Source: Octopus vulgaris (taxonomy: Eukaryota). Taken from it: a stretch of DNA of 64,000 bases. Of the stretch, positions 54,940-64,000 are shown piece by piece; within the stretch, counting starts at the first letter, position 1, and each line of letters opens with the position of its first letter. The notes under the pieces were generated by a model. That model made no database searches. It was not told the origin of the DNA and saw nothing but the letters and a program-made list of their open reading frames with translations. Made by a program: the position numbers and the translations under genes. Location: positions 67,766,001 to 67,830,000 of the forward strand of contig OX597821.1 of assembly GCA_951406725.2 (NCBI GenBank). Direction: 5' to 3'.

Positions 54940-56140
54940 AAGAAGTACACTGTCATGTAGACATCTGCTGTGTGAAACGGGATATTGTTGTTCATATCAC
55001 TCCCCAGATCATGATCTGTATTTTACTCAGAGATTACCATTTCTTTTGGTCCAATGTATCATTATACGTCATGTGAACACAAGCTAGCTGATAGCAGAGG
55101 GTTTGGAATTACCCTGCGTTAAATTGCATGTTGTTTTCTCCAACTCATTTATATATGACATCGAGGTCTTTCTGTAGGTTAGCATCGGAATGTTCCTTGA
55201 CTTTTTGTACTACTTTTATGTCGTTGGCATACATAGTAAATATCGTTGTTTGTGTAACTGATGGCATGTCCGAAAGAGCCACCATAACCAGCGGCGTCTC
55301 CAAGACAGTTCTCCGAGGCTCTTGTTTCCCTATTTCTGCCTTTTAAGATAGAAACTCATTGACTGCCACGGTCACATTTCTGGCTTTTGAGAAGTTATGT
55401 AACCAGACTCCCAGTTTTCCTAATATGCTGAGTCTCCGTAGCTTGCGACATGTTATCCCATGATCAATCTTATCAAAATTATTTCATAAATTGAAATATT
55501 TCACATCTACATTTGAGCAACGCACTAGTTGTTTCAAGGCCCAGTCATAGTGCTGCAGAAGCTGGGTTGAGCAGCTTCCTCCTGAGCGGAGGCCATATTG
55601 GATGTCAGGGAGCAAGTCATTATGTTCAAGGAACGCAATCAGTTTCCTCTTGACACTGCATTCCATGACTTTGCTGACATGGTAGGTGAGAGAAATGGGT
55701 CTATAATTTTTAGCACCCGCTCAGCTACCTTCTTTATGGAAAAGACATATTATGCCTTCCTTTAATTTCTGAGAAGCCGCCCGGTTGCGAAGAAGCTTTG
55801 GAAGATAATTATTCGTAGTGGATTTACTAGAGCCCCTTTGCATTTTAGAAGGCGGATTACTGGGAAACCATCAGAGTTTGTGGCTGAGTTTAAGCTCATT
55901 TCATCAATGGCTGATATTACATCAGTTTACTCTAAATGGATGTTATCAATAATTGTTCTCAATAATTATCAATAATTATCAATTATCAATGTTATCAATA
56001 ATTATCTTTGTTTTGAGCTGCGGTGCCGAAGAACTCATCAGGCATAGCTATTTTCAAGTGTTCCAACAGAGTTGTGAAAACATTCTTATATTGTACATTC
56101 AGTATTTCACACGTCCTCTGAGGTCAGCAGTCATTTTCTT
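54940..56140 (-). pseudogene. Degraded CR1-group LINE reverse transcriptase
   Basis: NYRPISLTYHVSKVME..QYGLRSGGSCSTQLL..NVDV..FDKIDHG..LSDMP..MYAND..DLG. Confidence 0.88.
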
Positions 56141-56144
56141 TATA

Positions 56145-56757
56145 TAATGATAGTAATAATGAAATTATTGTATACAGTGCTCAGGTGCACCACAACTTGT
56201 CAAAAGTGTGTATAAAGCATATGCAGTAATGTACAAATGCCTGGAAAGTGAATAGTATATGAGTCAGATACATGCTTGCGTGTGTATGGAGGGGAGAAAA
56301 TCGGGTGTAGTGTTGGCGAATCTCAGGCAGCATGGAAGTTTTGAAGGATGCAGTGCTCCGACAACTAACAACTGATGCCGGCAGTTTGTTCCATACTTCA
56401 GCAACTCTTAGCGTGAAAAATGTTTCCGAAAGTCATGGGAGCTGTGCTGTTTTCTGACTTTGTAAACATGTCCACGGGTGTTAGACAGGTGGAGTTTGAA
56501 AAGGTGCTCAGAGTTATCGTTTGTAAGAGGGTTAATAATTTTATGAGTGTCTGCCAAGTCAGCTGCCAGACGTCGGAGTTTCAATGTTTCCATGCCCAGG
56601 GAAGTAAGGCGTTCAGAATATAGCAAATTCTTGATGGAGGGTATTCTTTTGGTTGCACGTCGCTGAACGGCTTCAAGACGATTAATATCCTGGGCAAGAT
56701 AGGAGTTCCAAACCGGTGATGCAAATTCCTGGTGAAGCCGTACCATAGCTATAAACG
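56145..56757 (-). mobile_element. 5'-truncated CR1-clade LINE 3' end (ORF2 C-terminus plus UTR)
   Basis: VRLHQEFASPVWNSYL..LEAVQRRATK..YSERL..LKLRR..TRGH..RKHF..RVAEVWNKLP. Confidence 0.92.
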
Positions 56758-57598
56758 GGGTTGGTTTGTTTACGTGTCCGTAACATGGCGGTTTATGAAA
56801 AGAGGTTGATAAATTAAGTAACAGATTTTTTTTAAACAATTACTATGGGTTTATTTATTGAACTAAATCATTCAAGCCTGAACCTCAGCATAGCTGCACT
56901 CCAATACTTCAGGAAATGATAACAAATACTAGATTATGTAGTACAACTTATACTCCGTCTGCAAATAAGATGGGATCGTCATGGCTGGTAGGCCTTTGAT
57001 CATATGTCATAACTGACTTAATCATTAAACAAAAATACAAGAGCCACACCAGTTTTGTATTGCAGAGAAAAATACTATCACCAAACTCTCAGATTTGTTT
57101 ATCATATATAACCATTCTATCTGAATTCACGCACTGTTTAAACATTCTTCTTTATTTCGGTTGATATTCCTATAGTGTAGAGGGGAAAAACATTAAAATA
57201 TAGAAAGAATAAAAAGTATTAAAATAACAAGCAGAATAGATCACGTCTTTTTGTAAATTAACATGAACATCAGTCAATTTCAGGACATTGTTAGAAATAT
57301 AACCATATTTCAACGATATATTTCTCTCTCGTTTTCCATTTTTCTTTTTTTCTTATTCATTTTTTTTATCATTTCTTTTTTTCTTTTTTTTTTTCAATTT
57401 CCTAAATCTTCATACATTTGTGATACCCTTTTGACCTTACTACCGTTTCAGCTTGGTTTTGTTCTATTTGTCAGATACAAGGTTTGTTCTCAACGGATTA
57501 AATACATTCTGAGATATTGAAAATGTCGGAAAAGCTATAACGTTTCCTTTATTGCCAGGATGATGTATATTTATACACTATTTTTAATCTTTGTTGAC

Positions 57599-57681
<83 letters not shown>

Positions 57682-57730
57682 CGTTATTGTTGTTATTATT
57701 TTTTTGTTATCATTATTGTTGTTGTTGCTG

Positions 57731-57823
<93 letters not shown>

Positions 57824-58149
57824 GTTATTATTATTATTATTATTATGTTTTGGACCTATTTCATTATAAAAATAATAAATCTATTCAAACGGGCTACTTT
57901 GCACGTATTTTAGAGACTAGCTTGTTTGTCGTTCGCAAAAGACTCGGTTGCCAGATTTTTTACCAACACCTACCAATTCTGAATGATAATGAAGATTTGT
58001 ATCATAGAAACAAAACCGAATATAGTGATGGTAGTTAAGGGTGGAGAGTATAGTTGATATAACTTGGCTTAGAGAACTTGATTGGTAACTGTTTTATGAA
58101 ACCCGAAAGGTTGAAGGGCAAACTACTCAGTGAGATTTGATATCTTTCG

Positions 58150-58320
58150 GTATAGATGCAGGCATGGCGAGATGTTTGCCTCCAAACCTCATAGTTCCAG
58201 GTTCAGTCCCATTGCGGAGTACCTTGGGCAGGCGTTTTCAGCTATTGTCTCGGGTGGAGCAAAGCATTTTAAGTGGATTTGGTTGACGGAAACTGAAAAA
58301 AGCCCGTCGTATACACACAC
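58150..58320 (+). mobile_element. SINE-B 5' half
   Basis: ggttcagtcccattgcggagtaccttgggcagg..ggatttggttgacggaaactgaa. Confidence 0.75.
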
Positions 58321-58327
58321 ACACACC

Positions 58328-58368
<41 letters not shown>

Positions 58369-58784
58369 TATATATAAAAAATACAAATTGACACAAGAAC
58401 GCAAAAAAACACAAAGAGACGACACAAAGAACGGACGGGTCATTCGAAGCCTCTAATCTTCAGTCAGGAACCGGATCGTCATAGCAAATTTCGGCTAATT
58501 AATCCTGATATCGCTCAGATCCGGCTAGCCCCAAGGAAAAACTAAGCTGCGAGCATTAGATTTCTTGGAAAAAGGATCGAATGTATACGAAACAAGGACA
58601 GAAAAACGGACGATGCCACACGAATATAAATACAAAAAAAAATTAAATTAAAAACAAGAATGGTAATAACGGGACAAAAACGACTTTAGACAATTGAACT
58701 TATCTTAACGGGCGTATTTTGAAATAATTGCCTTTTCGGTAGACGAAGAGAGAGGCCGTGTTGTCACAGCAGCGGTCACCAGCG

Positions 58785-59122
<338 letters not shown>

Positions 59123-59128
<6 letters not shown>

Positions 59129-60068
59129 GGAAGAATAAATCGATTCGAAAGGAAGAGGGAGTACGATTCGACAGCAGTTTAAACACCACTACACATGTTT
59201 CGATACAGTATAGATCCACATAAATGTAGGATTTTAATTTAACACCAATAACAAAAATAAACAACAGATAGACTGCAAAAACTTAGATAACGTAAAATAC
59301 GGTGGCAATATAGTTGAAATATATCATCAAAAGAGATCCAACAGAAAATATTGCCGATTCAAGAAGACGTCGGGTATTAGCAATCAAACGGAACATCATG
59401 AAAACAATAAAATGGCCACCAGATAAACATAAAAATAAGGAGAGTACGAATAACTGTGCATGCCCTAGAAAATCCGCTTGTCCTCTCTTTAATCAATGTG
59501 TCCAAAACATCATAGTATATAAATGCGAAATCTGCACATCTCAACATAAATACGTGCAATTAGGTGCCGCGGAAAACCAATTCAAAGTCCGTTATTGAAA
59601 CCACATCTCGTCATTCCGAAAAATAAACGACACGCGACCTCACTGGCAGACCTTATATGGGGACTGAAAGAATCAAAAATTAAATATCAAATGGAATGGT
59701 CAAAAATATAAAATGCACACACTCCGACAAATGTGACCTTTGCGTTGAGGAGGCATTGAGTATACTGCTGAGTAATGAAAATCTGGTAAAGAAACCATCA
59801 TGAGAAAATTCCAAGGTGTAAACATCGCACCAAATATGCATTTTCCAGATGGAACAGTGTATAAAAATCATTATTCTATTTTAGTAAGCCCATCCTTTTC
59901 CGTCTTCGTGTCTGTATAGGGATGTGTGTATGTATGATGGAGTGTCCAACGATATAACCATGTATATGAATGAGTAGACAAATGTATGTGCGTCTATGTA
60001 TGCGTGTGAATGTGTTTGTTGATCGGTATGTGTGTAGGTGGTGCATATGTATATATCTACATATATTT

Positions 60069-60104
<36 letters not shown>

Positions 60105-60552
60105 TGCATGTGTGTACGTGAGAGAGTGTGTGTGAGTGATTGTAGAAGTATGAGTGTATGTGTGAGTGTGTTTGCGAAATAATAAAATTTAGCATGTGCA
60201 GCCTAACATGTGAAACAAATTAAACAGACAAGGTACGCAATGCCGCTCATGTCGAGCGTGTACAGGCACTCTCACAGCAAGCGGTTCGAAACTATCAGCG
60301 TTTGCTAGATTCAGAGGAGCCAGTTGGATGTGATAGCATCGGAGTCAAACATTTACTTACAGAGACAGCGATTTATATCACCTGAGGAAATACAACTAGC
60401 TCCTATTATACAGGTTAACCATTACTTAATTTAAATTTAAGTCCTGTATATGTGTGGATCTATGTTGTATCGAAACGTGTGTAGTGGTCATTAAACAGCT
60501 GTTTAATCGTACTCTCTCTTCCTTTTGACTCTATTTATTCTCTCCTTTTTAT
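59123..60552 (+). mobile_element. 5'-truncated Penelope-like element with GIY-YIG endonuclease remnant and inverted terminal copy
   Basis: CACPRKSACPLFNQC..IVYKC..LGAAENQFKVRY*NHISSF..KCDLCVEE; 59123-59242 is the reverse complement of 60431-60552. Confidence 0.88.
60377..60488 (+). ncRNA. Type I hammerhead ribozyme motif with extended stem II in the Penelope pLTR
   Basis: atcac-CTGAGGA-A-ATACAAC...GTTGTAT-C-GAAAC-gtgt-GTA-gtggt. Confidence 0.68.
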
Positions 60553-60683
60553 TGTTCAAACACGAGGAATGCCTTAGCCTAGAATTGGTAGTATATCATA
60601 ATACCGCCGGTTCTCCGGTAATTCTTAGGATGAACGAACTCTATTTTGTACTCTAAAACGTTCTTGACAGAATACACCTCAAC

Positions 60684-60789
<106 letters not shown>

Positions 60790-60942
60790 TATGTATATAT
60801 ATATATATGCATATGTATATATAAGAAACAAGTTACAACTAATGGCCGTTACATATTTTTCCATTATTGGAGCAAATTTGGCTTACAGCCGTTTCCAGTA
60901 GTCGTTATACGAAGATTTCCGATAAGGAGGAAAAAATTCATA

Positions 60943-60986
<44 letters not shown>

Positions 60987-60987
60987 C

Positions 60988-61098
60988 TAGGGCATTATTA
61001 CACAAATGCCGCACGCTAGGAGGGACTCTTAAAGTCAAAACTACCAAAACTTTAAGAGTCCCTCCTAGCGTGCGGCATTTATGTGTAATAATGCCCTA
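60988..61098. repeat. Near-perfect fold-back palindrome (~48-bp arms, 13-nt loop) next to (TA)n
   Basis: tagggcattattacacaaatgccgcacgctaggagggactcttaaagt / actttaagagtccctcctagcgtgcggcatttatgtgtaataatgcccta. Confidence 0.95.
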
Positions 61099-61207
61099 TA
61101 TAATATAAATAAATATATTCAAGTGAAAAAATTTACAGATTTTTTCTCTTATGAGGTTTTTCACGCTAACTACTTGATAATTTCTTATGAAGATTTTATC
61201 CTATTTT

Positions 61208-61287
<80 letters not shown>

Positions 61288-61298
61288 ATATTTAATAC

Positions 61299-61423
61299 AC
61301 AGTGTTACTGACGTTTATAGCCCCTGGAAGACATCTCTCCCGGTTGGCTAACGACACACATTCTCTGTCGTTAGCCAGCTGGAAGAGATGTCTTCCTGGT
61401 GCTATAAACGTCGGTAGCACTGT
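61299..61423. repeat. Fold-back palindrome (~58-bp arms, 9-nt loop) between (TA)n tracts
   Basis: acagtgttactgacgtttatagc..ggctaacgaca / tgtcgttagcc..gctataaacgtcggtagcactgt, about 7 mismatches. Confidence 0.93.
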
Positions 61424-61451
61424 CTTGTATAGGATACCAAACGTGCTTGGC

Positions 61452-61514
<63 letters not shown>

Positions 61515-62277
61515 TCGATTCTGTCATTCCATCGCCCTGACATCAAGGAGTAATAGCAATTTCTTGTATAGGTACAAAGATTCGAATTTGTGGGGAGGAG
61601 AACACTTAATTACATCGGCCCAAGTATTTTCTGGCACTTTATTGCGTTGCAGGCAGAGAAAGCGAAGTTTACTCACTGAAATTGAACTCAGATCATAAAG
61701 TGCTGGAGCAAAGAGAACGCAGTTCTAACGATTCTGTGAATCAACCTCTCCCAATCCATCATATGTCCTTGATGGTGAGAATGACGGGAAGGATTATAGT
61801 TGATTATATCCACCTGAAGTACATGATTGATTAGTGCCGATTTGATGGAGATCAGATGTCACGTAAACTGACCCTCTGTGGACTTTGAAATCTAGATTTT
61901 AAAATGAAGTAACGAAATATGACAGAATTCACTGTTCGATTCTCAGCAGATTGTGCAAATTTAAATTTAGCAATCAGCTTACACAGTTTAATTAATTAAG
62001 ATTTTAATCTTAGTTACAAGGGCACCTTTTTACGAATAGTAAAGAAAACTTCAATAGTGCTTTGACTGTTATCCTAGCTTCACTACAATGTTTACGCAAG
62101 ATTCATATGCTTATATTCGTTAGTGTTGGATTTAACATTCGAAAGAGCCTAATAGATTCAGTGCGATATTCATAGTAAAAGTTTTTCTATAGAATTAAAT
62201 AGCACGTAATTATTATAGATTGAATATAGTTGGCTTTTTCGCCTCGGTCGATAGTATTGCAGAGACAGTAACTTAAA

Positions 62278-62492
62278 GGCGGCGAGCTGGCAGAATCATT
62301 AGCACGCCGGTATTTCGTCTGCCGTTACGTTCTGAGTTCAAATTCCGCCGAGGTCGACTTTACCTTTCATTCTTTCGGAGTCGATTAAATAAGTACCAGA
62401 TGCGTACTGGAGTTGATGTAATCGACTTAATCCCTTTGTCTGTCCTTGTTTGTCCCCTCTATGTTTAGTCCCTTGTGGACAATAAAGAAATA
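62278..62492 (+). mobile_element. SINE-A copy lacking the 5' arm of its internal hairpin
   Basis: agcacgccgg|tatttcgtctgcc; flanking duplication agtaactt(t)aaag. Confidence 0.9.
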
Positions 62493-63031
62493 AGTAACTT
62501 TAAAGTCTCAGCTATTCTTGGGTTATTTCCAAAAGAGTTGAGCGCCAAGTATCCCGGCCGTCCTTCCAGTCATGGATATGCCACGTAAGAAAGCAATTCA
62601 AAACGCTTGTAGCATCCATGGAGCTGCAGTAGATGCTAGATATTGGTTAAGTATAACCATACACATCTTTGGGGTACCACCTTTCGGATTTTCTACAAAG
62701 ATTTATTCCTTTAGGCTGTTTTAAACGCTCAATAAATTTCCCAAAAAGCAGCAAAGGTTTATGTAGATCCACTCTCACTTTCAAATTTACTGTTATGCCA
62801 CGATGTTATAGTTGGTCTAACTTTTAATCGTTAATAAATCAATTAAGTAGAAGTTTAGATCAACTGTTATCCAGCTGACATATCAGAAAATTATTCCAGC
62901 CGTGGCCTCACCGCTAGTTAGTGTATCTTTTACTAATATACGTCTATTCTTGAGAGTGTCTATGGGATATCAATGATATCAGAGTTTTAAGCAGGTCGGA
63001 TAATAATAATAATAATAAAAATAATAATAAT

Positions 63032-63350
63032 ATGTGTTGAGAGGGATTCTTTGGGGTTTGAATAATTCACCTCTGGAAACATGGGTGGTTCTTTCAACAT
63101 CCTTAAACAACCCTTATTCAGGGACCTTTTGAGCGGGATGGGCTACTCAACCTGAAGAAAATTCTAACTGGGCCCCACCTGCAAGGTCATGTGCTGTTTA
63201 TCTTGATATGAGATCACCATGTCGCGCACATATGGTTGTGATGCATGTGCCTGGTGTACCCTTATCAGACGGGTAGTCATGATGGGTATATTGGGCTTCG
63301 TATATTTTACCCCAGTGTCACTTTGATGGCATGCACTGCTCTCTCACTCA
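63032..63350 (+). mobile_element. Element N, 5'-truncated copy in (TAA)n
   Basis: Reverse complement of 26016-26335; identical 3' end ctctctcactca|ataataa. Confidence 0.9.
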
Positions 63351-63370
63351 ATAATAATAATAATAATAAT

Positions 63371-63427
<57 letters not shown>

Positions 63428-63464
63428 GTTGTTGTTGTTGTTATTGTTGTTATTATTATTATTG

Positions 63465-63520
<56 letters not shown>

Positions 63521-63706
63521 CATTATTATTATTATGATAATGATAATAAAAATGATAATAACAATAATAATGATAATAATAATCGACCGAAGTTACAGAG
63601 TGAGTAAGGGGCAATGAAATTCGTGATAAATGCCAATGCCTATATATATATATACACACATGTATATGTGTGTGTATGTATGTATGTATGTATGTATGTA
63701 TGAATG

Positions 63707-63737
<31 letters not shown>

Positions 63738-64000
63738 ACAGACACACACACACACACACACACATATTCTCCTTATTTTATGCAGAATGAAAAATAATGT
63801 ATTTTATTTTGTTTTTGGTTTTTGGATACCAGTTGGTGTGATGTATATGAACAAAAATTGAACAATCTTTCCAAATACATAATATAATGATATAACAAAC
63901 AACAGCCAGAAAATCATCTGTAAGAGCAACAACAACAACACCAGCAACAACAACAACAACAACAACAACAACGATAATAATAATAATAATAATAATAATA

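Overview
This is AT-rich eukaryotic (animal) genomic DNA, very dense in microsatellites. The repeat families look like those of a cephalopod genome, most likely Octopus; that comes from my recognition and was not verified. I found no convincing host protein-coding exon. Almost all ORFs in the track are translations of microsatellites or transposon remnants. The window is a layered record of mobile elements. (1) At least four tRNA-headed SINE families, labelled A-D here, plus an older dispersed repeat E. (2) Several 5'-truncated R4/Dong-type LINEs with a restriction-like endonuclease, sitting in (TAA)n tracts, together with a ~555-bp non-coding element ('N') that shares their target. (3) Jockey/CR1- and RTE-type LINE remnants. 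(4) Two mariner DNA transposons. (5) Penelope-like elements carrying minimal hammerhead ribozyme motifs. The most interesting signals are a head-to-head palindromic element combining a tRNA-like head with a hammerhead ribozyme (40.1-41.3 kb), SINE-A arrays joined repeatedly at the loop of the SINE's own hairpin (44.3-45.3 kb and 8.6-9.0 kb), element N and its chimeras with R4 LINEs, and SINE/LINE 3'-tail sharing and swapping visible within the window. Family names A-E and N are my own labels. Boundaries of degraded elements are approximate.
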